Assembly (NCBI RefSeq): GCF_947495925.1
Contig: NZ_CANMAU010000001.1
Location: forward strand, 537,523-601,522
DNA: 64,000 bases
Reading direction: 5' to 3'
Source of the DNA: an uncultured Algibacter sp.
Lineage (GTDB): Bacteria > Bacteroidota > Bacteroidia > Flavobacteriales > Flavobacteriaceae
A program made the translations under genes and the position numbers. Below, piece after piece: positions 1-8,647 of this stretch; position 1 is the stretch's first letter, and each line of letters opens with the position of its first letter. Below the pieces are notes generated by a model, which searched no databases, was not told the origin of the DNA, and was given only the letters and a program-made list of their open reading frames with translations.

Positions 1-19
1 TAAAAAACAAAATGCTTAA

Positions 20-1165
20 ATGGATTATTTTTTAAATGGCATCGTTTTAATTACAAGCTTTCTAATGCTGTTCTTTGCTTTTTTTCTAATAACAGTTAAT
101 ATAAAGAAAAAACTACCTAACATACTTTTTGCAAGTTTCCTTATCTTATCTGTATTTGATATCAGTAGTCTTTTTATTTTTAATAGTATTAATTCGAGCT
201 TGAATTTTGAGGTTTTTAGAATGACTATTAGTCTATTAATACTGCCAATATATTATTTGTATGTAAAATCGGTTTGTTATTCCGATTTTCAATTAAGTAC
301 TAAAGATTTAATTCATAGTATTTTATTTCTTATTGTTAATCTGATATTAATTCCAAGATTTTATCTAGGCGACACTAACGATATTTTATACATATCTCAG
401 AACTTTAAACAAACATTTGAAATACGCTTTTTTTACATACTAAAAGAGCTACAATATGCTTTCTATATTTTTTTGATTTATAAATCTTTAAAGAAATACA
501 AGAACATTTATGCTGAGAATCATACGAACTCGAATAATTCTTCTTATACATGGCTATTCCAAATGACTCTCTTATTATTAATAGCACATTGCTTTATTTT
601 TATAAAACTAGTGTTTGTATATACAGGTAACGACCAATTCTTTAACTGGTTCAATAGTATTATCGGAATTTCTGCACTTATTATTAGTAGTTGGTTTGTT
701 TTAAAAGCATTAAAAAAACCTAAGCTTTTTAAAGGTATTGACACGAACATGATCGCACTGAATAAAGAAATAGCAAAAAAAGCAATCACTTTAAACAAAA
801 AGCCTATTCATGATTCTCAAAAGTTAGCTGAGATGACTTCACAAGTGAGTTTTGTGAAACAGTATATATTAGACAATGAACTCTTTCTTGAACCTTCTTT
901 AACCATACAAGAAGTATCCAAACAAGTTAATATCCCTGTTCGCGATCTATCCCTTTTAATCAACCGTTATTCAAATCAACATTTTTTTGATTTTATAAAT
1001 GAATTTCGCATTGAAAAAGCAAAGCAACTGATGAAATCTCCTTCTAATAAAGAGCTTACTATTTTAGAGATTCTGTACCAAGTAGGATTTAATTCAAAAT
1101 CATCATTTAACACAGCTTTCAAAAAGTTCACAAATCAAACCCCTACTACCTTCAGAAATAACTGA
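20..1165 (+). CDS. Membrane-anchored AraC/XylS-family transcriptional regulator
   Basis: The N-terminal ~230 aa has about six hydrophobic helices. The C-terminus carries an AraC-type double HTH (LTIQEVSKQVNIPVRDLSLLINRY ... ILYQVGFNSKSSFNTAFKKFTNQTPTTFR). Confidence 0.8.
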   Translation: MDYFLNGIVLITSFLMLFFAFFLITVNIKKKLPNILFASFLILSVFDISSLFIFNSINSSLNFEVFRMTISLLILPIYYLYVKSVCYSDFQLSTKDLIHSILFLIVNLILIPRFYLGDTNDILYISQNFKQTFEIRFFYILKELQYAFYIFLIYKSLKKYKNIYAENHTNSNNSSYTWLFQMTLLLLIAHCFIFIKLVFVYTGNDQFFNWFNSIIGISALIISSWFVLKALKKPKLFKGIDTNMIALNKEIAKKAITLNKKPIHDSQKLAEMTSQVSFVKQYILDNELFLEPSLTIQEVSKQVNIPVRDLSLLINRYSNQHFFDFINEFRIEKAKQLMKSPSNKELTILEILYQVGFNSKSSFNTAFKKFTNQTPTTFRNN

Positions 1166-1201
1166 TTTTCAATAAATTTAAAAAAACAATACACTCGTAT
1201 T

Positions 1202-1249
1202 AAAAAAGTCGAACGCTTATAATAACCACAAAAGCGTTCGACTTTTTTT
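1202..1249 (+). terminator. Rho-independent terminator after the AraC gene
   Basis: An 11-bp perfect stem, gtcgaacgctt (1208-1218) / aagcgttcgac (1232-1242), is followed by T7. It is flanked by an A-run. Confidence 0.75.
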
Positions 1250-1321
1250 AATCGGTCGATTCTGATGTTTTCAAGAACTAATTTTGATTCAAATTATTAC
1301 GAACAACTAAAATTTGAAATC

Positions 1322-2437
1322 ATGAAAACCAGATTTGTACTTGCATTACTCATTTCACCTTTTCTATGTTTAGCTCACTTGAACGAAAATAAAACCGAAT
1401 TAACGTGTACTGAGACATCTGATAAAAACTTTCATAGTAGTAACTCTAAAGAGAATTCAATCAATGAAGAAAAATACATCCAAATAAATGGTATTGATCA
1501 CTGGGTAACTATTAAAGGGAATCCTTCAAAACCAATCGTATTGTTTCTTCATGGGGGTCCTGGCAGTGTATTAAGCCCTTATGCAGATGCTATTTATGAT
1601 GATTGGAAAAAAGATTTCATTCTAATTCAATGGGATCAAAGAGGCGCAGGAAGAACTTTTGGTCGCAGTGCTCCAATTGAATTAAGTTTAGAGTATTTTG
1701 AATCAAACCCATTAACGCTCGAACAAATGGTATCTGATGGAATTGAACTTTCTGAGTATTTAATAAAACATTTAGGAAAACAAAAAATTATCCTTTTTGG
1801 AACTTCTTGGGGCTCTATTCTTGGTACTAAAATGGCTATTAAACGTCCCGATCTATTTTATGCTTATATAGGCCACGCCCAAGTTGTAAGCCCTGCCGAG
1901 GGCTTTAATTATGCTTATCAAAAGGTCTGTAAGTTAACACAAATAGAAAACGATACAATAAGTATCCAAAAGCTTAAAACTATTGGTAAACCACCTTACC
2001 ATAATGCCAAAAACTATGGTCAATTACTTCGTATTGTTAAAAAATATGAAAGGGACAATTCAATTCTAGCACCTACTACATGGTGGAAGCTACCACCTGA
2101 ATATGACAATAAAAATGATATACAACATCGTTATTTAGGCGATGATTATTCCTTTGCAAGTTATGTGGGACACAAAGCTCTGGGAATTCAATCCATAAGT
2201 TCTGAAATTAATTTCATGAAAAGTGGTCTAAATTTTAAAATTCCCGTCTTCCTAATTCAAGGAGAAAAGGACATTTTAACCCCTAAAGAAATTACAACAG
2301 CATACTTCGATAAAATCAATGCACCGAACAAGGAGTACTTTTTACTTCCTGATGCAGCCCATGGTTTCAATGAATCTGTTATCAATACACAGTATAAAAT
2401 TTTAAAACATTATATCACTCCATTGATTACACAATAA
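1322..2437 (+). CDS. Secreted alpha/beta hydrolase (proline iminopeptidase-like, S33-type)
   Basis: It has the HGGPG oxyanion motif (LFLHGGPGS) and a GxSxG nucleophile elbow (GTSWGS). The signal peptide starts at MKTRFVLALL. I prefer the ATG at 1322 over the track start at 1265, which abuts the upstream terminator. Confidence 0.75.
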   Translation: MKTRFVLALLISPFLCLAHLNENKTELTCTETSDKNFHSSNSKENSINEEKYIQINGIDHWVTIKGNPSKPIVLFLHGGPGSVLSPYADAIYDDWKKDFILIQWDQRGAGRTFGRSAPIELSLEYFESNPLTLEQMVSDGIELSEYLIKHLGKQKIILFGTSWGSILGTKMAIKRPDLFYAYIGHAQVVSPAEGFNYAYQKVCKLTQIENDTISIQKLKTIGKPPYHNAKNYGQLLRIVKKYERDNSILAPTTWWKLPPEYDNKNDIQHRYLGDDYSFASYVGHKALGIQSISSEINFMKSGLNFKIPVFLIQGEKDILTPKEITTAYFDKINAPNKEYFLLPDAAHGFNESVINTQYKILKHYITPLITQ

Positions 2438-2475
2438 ACTGAAAACAAAACGAATTACGTAAATATCGATCAAAA

Positions 2476-3975
2476 ATGATTAAGAAAAAACACATTTTAT
2501 TTATAGGTATATTATTGATTTTCTCCTGTCAAAAGAAAAAAGAACAATTATATCTTAAACAAGGTTTGTACATATCAAACGTAACTATTATCTCAACAGA
2601 AAATGGAAATTATGATCCATATATTGGCCATTTAGTAGTCGAAAATGATAAAATCGTTTATATAGGCAAGAATGAGCCAAGTATAAGCGGAATATTTGAA
2701 CAGTTTGATGGAACTGGAAAATTTGTAATACCAGGATTGATTGATGGCCATGTTCATATGACAGAAGTACAAGGAATGTTGTATCGTCATATGGAAAAGT
2801 ACCCCGAACTGGTTAAAGAATTCAAAAACCAAATGCCAAGGAGTTATTTATACTATGGTTTTACAACGATCATTAATCTTGGAGGGATATCAGATGAACA
2901 AATCAATTCTTTTAACAAACAACCACTAAAACCCGATTTATACCATATTGGATATTCTGGTGCTGGAGTAGCAAATGGTTATCCAATGATTTATGCACCT
3001 GAAGAGTTTCGATTTGAAAACCAGCCATATTTCTTATATCTGGAAAGTCAAGCGGAGCATATTCCAAAAAAATACAAACCAGCTGACCATACACCCAAAT
3101 CGGTGGTTAGGCGTATTAAAAAATCTGGGGCAATTGCTGTAAAATCTTATTATGAATCAGGCTTTGGAATGATGTCTAATTTACCTTTACCGACTAAAAG
3201 TATGATGACTGAATTACTTAATGAGTCACATGCAAATGGACTGCCGTTAATCGTTCATGCTAATTCATTGACAGGACATTCTTTTTTGGCTGACATTGGA
3301 GTAGATATTTTAGCACACGGGCTATGGAACTGGGAAAAATATAAGCAAGTCCCAACAGACTCTCTACCATTAGAAATAAAAGAAATACTGGATTTACAAA
3401 TTCAAAAACAAATAGGCTACACTCCAACATTAACAGTCATTGAAGGAGAAGGCGCTTTGGTTGACAAAAAATTCATCAATCAACCCGTCTTAAAAAAAGT
3501 GATTCCTAAAAAGTTACTTGAATGGTATAAAGCAGAAGAAGCACAATGGCTCGGAAAAGATCTATTTAGTCATTCTAATCCAGAAGAAGTGTATAAAAGC
3601 TACGGAAAATTACAGTCTCATGCCATGCTCGTTTTAAAATACCTTTCTGATAATAATGGACTCATTCTATTTGGTACAGATACACCTTCAGGACCAATTT
3701 ACACAAATCAACCTGGCCATAATGGGTATTGGGAACTTACATTAATGAACGAAGCAGAAGTTCCTTTAAATAAAATTCTAGCATCTGCTACAATTAATAA
3801 TGCGAAAGCTTTTCATTTAGACTCTTCTGTTGGTTCTTTGGCTATCGGAAAAAAGGCCAATATAATTATAATGGATAAAAACCCTTTAAAGGACATTGAA
3901 GCATATGATGCCATAGAAAAAGTGATTATAGGTGGTCAAGTTGTAAAAAGAGATGATTTAGAGGTTAAAGAATAA
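2476..3975 (+). CDS. Amidohydrolase-superfamily metallo-hydrolase, predicted lipoprotein
   Basis: It has a lipobox LLIFSC and an HxH metal motif (GLIDGHVHM). The C-terminal GSLAIGKKANIIIMDKNPL segment is typical of the amidohydrolase family. Confidence 0.75.
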   Translation: MIKKKHILFIGILLIFSCQKKKEQLYLKQGLYISNVTIISTENGNYDPYIGHLVVENDKIVYIGKNEPSISGIFEQFDGTGKFVIPGLIDGHVHMTEVQGMLYRHMEKYPELVKEFKNQMPRSYLYYGFTTIINLGGISDEQINSFNKQPLKPDLYHIGYSGAGVANGYPMIYAPEEFRFENQPYFLYLESQAEHIPKKYKPADHTPKSVVRRIKKSGAIAVKSYYESGFGMMSNLPLPTKSMMTELLNESHANGLPLIVHANSLTGHSFLADIGVDILAHGLWNWEKYKQVPTDSLPLEIKEILDLQIQKQIGYTPTLTVIEGEGALVDKKFINQPVLKKVIPKKLLEWYKAEEAQWLGKDLFSHSNPEEVYKSYGKLQSHAMLVLKYLSDNNGLILFGTDTPSGPIYTNQPGHNGYWELTLMNEAEVPLNKILASATINNAKAFHLDSSVGSLAIGKKANIIIMDKNPLKDIEAYDAIEKVIIGGQVVKRDDLEVKE

Positions 3976-4144
3976 GAGCATATTTACAAAATAAGTTTTG
4001 TTTTTCAAGAAGAATCAGTACCCTCGCCATCCCACTTAAAATGTTTATAACAAAAAGACTAAGCTTCTACAGTTCGAAGATTGAGACACATCGAGAAGCT
4101 CCCTAATATTAAAGTAACAACAACACTTGTAGCGACTACCAAAT

Positions 4145-4181
4145 AAAAAAGGATGTCTTTTTTAAAGACATCCTTTTTTTT
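4145..4181. terminator. Bidirectional terminator between the amidohydrolase (+) and amt (-)
   Basis: The stem ggatgtct (4151-4158) / agacatcc (4166-4173) has A6 upstream and T8 downstream, so it can terminate both convergent genes. Confidence 0.7.
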
Positions 4182-4201
4182 AAAATTAAATTATATTTTG
4201 A

Positions 4202-5440
4202 TTAGTGCTCATTTAAACGGAAGTCTGGATAAGCATCCATACCATGTTCATGCGCATCCAAACCTTCTAGTTCTTCTCTTTCAGAAACTCTAATTCCCAC
4301 CGTTTTCTTCATTATAAAGAATATAATAAATGCTGAAGGAATACAGATTGCTGCGTAAGATAAAACACCAACTAACTGACTCACAAATTGATCTACACCT
4401 GCTAATGCACCAAAGATACCTACTGCTAGGGTACCCCAAATACCACAAATTAAGTGTACAGCAATTGCACCAACTGGATCATCTAATTTAATAGCATCTA
4501 CAAATGCCACTGCAAATACAATAAGTGCACCTGCGATAGCTCCAATAGCAATAGCATTTTCAGGACTCATTTGATCTGCACCAGCAGTAATACCTACTAA
4601 ACCACCTAAAATACCATTTAAAAACATAGTTAAATCTAAGTTTTTATACTTTAAGAATGATACTAAAGCAGCAACTACACCACCTGCAGCTGCAGCTAAA
4701 CATGTAGTTACTAGTGTTAATGATGTTAATTCTGGATCTGCAGAAAGGACAGAACCTCCGTTAAATCCAAACCAACCTAACCATAAAATTAATACACCAG
4801 CTGTTGCTAATGGAATACTATGACCAGGAATCGCCTGAGGTTTACCATCTTTAAATTTACCAATACGAGAACCTAATAAATAAACAGCCACTAAAGCCGC
4901 CCATCCTCCTACAGAGTGCACCAATGTAGAACCTGCAAAATCATAAAAAGGTGTTTCTCTCATATCTAAAAATCCACCACCCCATTTCCAAGATCCAGCA
5001 AGTGGGTATACAATACCTACATAAATAACTGTAAAAATCATAAAGGGTCCTATTTTCATGCGCTCAGCAACGGCTCCCGAAACAATTGTAGCCGCTGTAG
5101 CAGCAAACATACCTTGAAACAAGAAATCTGTCCACCACGTGTAACCACCATCTGCATATTCTGGAGTCATTCCATTTTCTGGAGGTGCAATACCAAATCC
5201 TGCAAAATCAAAAAATCCGCTAGATCCTTCTGCAAAACCAGGATACATTAAGTTAAACCCTATTAAATAGTAAAGTAACAACCCTACCGTAATAATAAAT
5301 ATATTTTTAAATAAAATGTTTATTGTATTTTTCTGCCTAGTTAATCCTATCTCTAAAAATGCAAATCCTGTATGCATAAAGAAAACTAGTGCTGTACAGA
5401 TCATCATCCATACATTATTCGCTGTAAATAATCCTTCCAT
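4202..5440 (-). CDS. amt: Ammonium transporter (Amt family), copy 1
   Basis: A 412-aa polytopic protein with Amt signature blocks FAFLEIGLTRQKN and DFAGSTLVHSVGGWAAL. It lies directly downstream of glnK. Confidence 0.9.
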   Translation of the reverse strand: MEGLFTANNVWMMICTALVFFMHTGFAFLEIGLTRQKNTINILFKNIFIITVGLLLYYLIGFNLMYPGFAEGSSGFFDFAGFGIAPPENGMTPEYADGGYTWWTDFLFQGMFAATAATIVSGAVAERMKIGPFMIFTVIYVGIVYPLAGSWKWGGGFLDMRETPFYDFAGSTLVHSVGGWAALVAVYLLGSRIGKFKDGKPQAIPGHSIPLATAGVLILWLGWFGFNGGSVLSADPELTSLTLVTTCLAAAAGGVVAALVSFLKYKNLDLTMFLNGILGGLVGITAGADQMSPENAIAIGAIAGALIVFAVAFVDAIKLDDPVGAIAVHLICGIWGTLAVGIFGALAGVDQFVSQLVGVLSYAAICIPSAFIIFFIMKKTVGIRVSEREELEGLDAHEHGMDAYPDFRLNEH

Positions 5441-5461
5441 TATAAATTGTTTTAAATAATA

Positions 5462-5800
5462 TTATTTTAAAGTGTCTCCACCTTTTTCACCGGTTCGTAT
5501 TCTATAACACTCATTGACATCTGATACAAATATCTTTCCATCTCCTACTTCACCTGTGCTTGCAGAATTAAGAATAGCCTGAATGGTTACTTCTTCAAAA
5601 TCATCATTTACAACGATTGCTAAATGCCTACGCTGAATATCACTTGTGCTATATGATACCCCTCTGTAAACATGTCCTTCTTTCTCATTTCCAAGACCAG
5701 TTACATCCCAGTAAGAGAAAAAGTTCACACCAACTTCGTGAAGTGCATCTTTCACTACGCGATATTTGGATTTTCTAATTATTGCTTCAATTTTTTTCAT
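5462..5800 (-). CDS. glnK: PII nitrogen regulatory protein
   Basis: It is 112 aa and starts MKKIEAIIR. The T-loop GNEKEGHVYRGVSY retains the Tyr equivalent to Tyr51, and the C-terminal DGKIFV block is present. It is paired with amt. Confidence 0.9.
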   Translation of the reverse strand: MKKIEAIIRKSKYRVVKDALHEVGVNFFSYWDVTGLGNEKEGHVYRGVSYSTSDIQRRHLAIVVNDDFEEVTIQAILNSASTGEVGDGKIFVSDVNECYRIRTGEKGGDTLK

Positions 5801-5929
5801 AATGTCTATTTAGTTATTTTTAGTTAGATTTCAAAAGTATAAAATATTTAAAAACTTATATAGTTAAGTACTTCGCTTAAACGTAACCTAAGTATTTATT
5901 AATACACCCTTCCACATTCAAACATATTT

Positions 5930-5961
5930 AAAGGATGCCTGGTTTTTCACAAGCATCCTTT
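5930..5961 (-). terminator. Hairpin downstream of amt copy 2 (possible terminator)
   Basis: A 9-bp stem, aaaggatgc (5930-5938) / gcatccttt (5953-5961), encloses a 14-nt loop. The T-run on the transcribed strand is weak. Confidence 0.4.
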
Positions 5962-6038
5962 ATCTATTCACACTTAAAATATACTAAACTAAATTTCTTT
6001 GAAATCTAAATAATTTTATTTGTTCGAAAAATTAAAAA

Positions 6039-7322
6039 TTAGTCTTCAATTTCTCTTTGTCTTTTACCTGGATAAGCTAAAGCTCCATGTTCAGATAAAT
6101 CAAGTCCTTCAATCTCAACTTTTTCACTAACTCTTAATCCTAATGTTTTCTTAAGAATATATAGGAAGATAAAAGAAGTTCCTACGGCCCATATTGCGTA
6201 AGCTAAAGTACCTATTAATTGTGCTACAAATTGAGCAGAACCGCCACCGTTTAATAACCCAATAGCAGTATCACCGTCAACTCCCCAAAGACCAATAACT
6301 AAAGTACCCCAGGCACCAGCTACACCGTGTACAGAAAAAGCACCTACAGCATCATCAATCTTAAGTTTTTGTTCTACAAACTCCATTGCAAATACTACAA
6401 TAATACCTCCAATAAAACCAGCAATGATGGCACCACCTTCGGTCATGTTACCGCAACCAGCAGTAATACTTACTAAACCAGCTAAAGCTCCATTTAAAGT
6501 CATATCTAAATTTGGCTTTTTGTATTTGAACCATGATAAGAATAATGCCCCAACAGCACCTGCAGAAGCAGCAAGATTAGTTACTAACACGACCATAGAA
6601 GCACCAACAGCATCATCACCACCCCAAGCTAATTGAGAACCACCATTGAATCCGAACCATCCGAACCAAAGGATAAATACACCTAAAGCAGCTAATAATT
6701 TGTTATGACCTGGAATGTTTACAGCCTTACCATCAATATATTTTCCAATTCTTGGACCTACTAAAAAAGCAGCAACTAAAGCAGCCCAACCACCAACGGC
6801 GTGTACGACTGAAGAACCAGCAAAATCAATAAACTCAGCAGGCATAATTCCATCAGTATTGTTTAACCATCCACCATTCCATTCCCAACCACCAGCGATT
6901 GGATAAATGATAGCCGTTAATACAATTGAAAAAATAATGTATGTTGAATATTTTGTTCTACCAGCAATAGCTCCAGAAACAATAGTAGCAGCCGTAGCAC
7001 AAAATACGGTTTGAAAGAATAAATCTGCTGGACCTTGATTAAACATAAATCCACTCCATCCTATCCATCCACTAGCCGATTCTCCGTACATTAAAGAGTA
7101 ACCCACAAACCAAAATACTAATGATCCTACTGCGATGTCTAAGACATTTTTCATAGCAATATTCACAACATTTTTAGAGCGAGTCATACCAGATTCAACC
7201 AATGTAAATCCTGCTTGCATTAAGAATACTAAGATACCTGAAATAAGCATCCATAACATTCCCATATCGCCTTCAACTGCGGCGGTGTCTTGCATTATAA
7301 GGGGCATATTTAATAATGACAT
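6039..7322 (-). CDS. amt: Ammonium transporter (Amt family), copy 2
   Basis: It is 427 aa, with GFTLVESGMTRSKN and DFAGSSVVHAVGGWAAL. It is a paralog of copy 1, roughly 45 percent identical by eye. Confidence 0.9.
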   Translation of the reverse strand: MSLLNMPLIMQDTAAVEGDMGMLWMLISGILVFLMQAGFTLVESGMTRSKNVVNIAMKNVLDIAVGSLVFWFVGYSLMYGESASGWIGWSGFMFNQGPADLFFQTVFCATAATIVSGAIAGRTKYSTYIIFSIVLTAIIYPIAGGWEWNGGWLNNTDGIMPAEFIDFAGSSVVHAVGGWAALVAAFLVGPRIGKYIDGKAVNIPGHNKLLAALGVFILWFGWFGFNGGSQLAWGGDDAVGASMVVLVTNLAASAGAVGALFLSWFKYKKPNLDMTLNGALAGLVSITAGCGNMTEGGAIIAGFIGGIIVVFAMEFVEQKLKIDDAVGAFSVHGVAGAWGTLVIGLWGVDGDTAIGLLNGGGSAQFVAQLIGTLAYAIWAVGTSFIFLYILKKTLGLRVSEKVEIEGLDLSEHGALAYPGKRQREIED

Positions 7323-7354
7323 AATAAATAATTTTTAGGGTTAGTTAATTAAGA

Positions 7355-7391
7355 AAATGCAAGTCCTCTAAGTTTTAGAGAACTTGCATTT
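7355..7391 (-). terminator. Strong intercistronic hairpin between porin and amt copy 2
   Basis: The stem is 10 + 6 bp with one mismatch and a 3-nt loop: aaatgcaagt-c-ctctaa-gtt-ttagag-a-acttgcattt. Only ~32 nt separate it from the amt start, so it is more likely an attenuator or mRNA-stabilising structure than a full stop. Confidence 0.55.
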
Positions 7392-7424
7392 ATTCTCTTT
7401 ATATTTGTTTTTCTCTTTTCTTTC

Positions 7425-8465
7425 TTAGAAAGCGTAGATAGCTGCTAGCACAAAAGAACCTAAGCTTTTAGTTGGCATTAAGTCGTTATCAATAAATGCA
7501 TCATCAGAAGCAGAATCCAATCTAACCTCTGGCTTAATTGTTAAGTTTTCAATCTCAAAGCTACCTGTTAACGTTGCTGCAAAAACACTAGAATCTTCCA
7601 TTCCTGTTCCTATTGCTCCAAACTCTTTATCTTCAACAAAATACTCAGCTCTTAAACCTAAAGTAAAAGTCTCTGTTAATGACATTTGTGGGTACAAAGC
7701 ACCACCGTAGAATCCTGATCCACCTAAACGCTCATCATCACCAGTCAAGTAAGCACCATTAATCCCTAAGTAGAAAGAATCAGTTAAGTCAAATCCACCC
7801 GTATAATCAATCTCTGTAAAAGAAGGATCAACTAATACATTTAAGAACTGCCCTTTATATCCTAACTGTGCACCAAATGCATAATCACCAGTTGGATTAA
7901 ACTCAGTTAAATCTGTATCATTAAATACACCTAACATTAAGCTAAAATCTTCAGATAAAGCAATATCAGCTTTCAAACCAGTATGAGAAAATGGTCCATA
8001 AGAGAATAAATAAGATGTACTATAGTTAAAGTTTCCTGTAGGAGAAATAACTTCATACCCTAAAAAAGTATTAAAGTTACCCATTGTAAGTGTTACAGAT
8101 TCACTAACATTCCAGTAAGCATATAATTGATTAACAATATTTCCTGTTGCAGAATACATAGGTGAAGCAAAAATAGCATCCGTTCCTCTTGGTCCGTAAA
8201 CTAAGTCAGCAACAAAACCTGCTTTTTCACCTTCATAAGCAAATACAACGTTTGCCATACCTAAGGCAAATCCTGGTAAGTTGGCAAATGAAGATCCAGG
8301 AGCAATTGCATTCTCATCATTCGGAGCAGTAAAATTAGCTCTATAATAAGCATCAACAGAACCCGTAATAGAAAGTTTTTTTTCAGTCGCTTCTTCTTGA
8401 GCAAATAACGCTGTTGCTACAAAAAGCATTGAAAGAGTAAATAATTTTTTCATAATTGTTTTCAT
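7425..8465 (-). CDS. Outer-membrane beta-barrel porin (OmpL-like/BBP2-type, tentative)
   Basis: It has a signal peptide (LFVATALFAQEE), an alternating amphipathic beta-strand pattern throughout, and a C-terminal aromatic residue (AAIYAF). It sits directly upstream of amt. Confidence 0.6.
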   Translation of the reverse strand: MKTIMKKLFTLSMLFVATALFAQEEATEKKLSITGSVDAYYRANFTAPNDENAIAPGSSFANLPGFALGMANVVFAYEGEKAGFVADLVYGPRGTDAIFASPMYSATGNIVNQLYAYWNVSESVTLTMGNFNTFLGYEVISPTGNFNYSTSYLFSYGPFSHTGLKADIALSEDFSLMLGVFNDTDLTEFNPTGDYAFGAQLGYKGQFLNVLVDPSFTEIDYTGGFDLTDSFYLGINGAYLTGDDERLGGSGFYGGALYPQMSLTETFTLGLRAEYFVEDKEFGAIGTGMEDSSVFAATLTGSFEIENLTIKPEVRLDSASDDAFIDNDLMPTKSLGSFVLAAIYAF

Positions 8466-8573
8466 TTTAAGTTATTTAATTAAATAGATCCGATTATTTA
8501 AAGTTGTTTTTTTGGTTGTTTTTAGATCTATATTTTTCCTTAGAACGAGGCTAAACTATGTCAAAAAGTTTTA

Positions 8574-8594
8574 ACCCCCATAAAAAATAGGGGT
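8574..8594. promoter_or_regulatory. Inverted repeat ACCCC-N11-GGGGT in the porin/gltB divergent region
   Basis: The sequence is acccccataaaaaataggggt. It is a GC-core dyad in otherwise very AT-rich intergenic DNA. Confidence 0.35.
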
Positions 8595-8626
8595 AATTGA
8601 ATGACTTTTATCAATATTCGAATTTT

Positions 8627-8647
8627 TACCCTATTTTTTTGAGGGTA
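8627..8647. promoter_or_regulatory. Inverted repeat TACCCT-N9-AGGGTA in the porin/gltB divergent region
   Basis: The sequence is taccctatttttttgagggta, with perfect 6-bp arms. Its centre lies 53 bp from the centre of the first dyad. Confidence 0.35.

Noticed and set aside
4062-4100. A slightly GC-richer non-coding patch has a T-loop-like GTTCGAA and a 7-bp inverted repeat agcttct / agaagct. It could be a tRNA fragment or an sRNA.
   Set aside because: The flanks of GTTCGAA do not form a T-arm stem, and no acceptor or anticodon arms can be drawn. The inverted repeat is short with a 25-nt loop. The evidence is not sufficient for an RNA gene.
6424-7338. Three antisense ORFs (6424-6636, 6715-6906, 7135-7338) lie inside amt copy 2.
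   Set aside because: They are shadow frames opposite a confidently identified Amt gene. Their translations are low-complexity (Pro/Ala/Thr-rich) and lack recognisable motifs.
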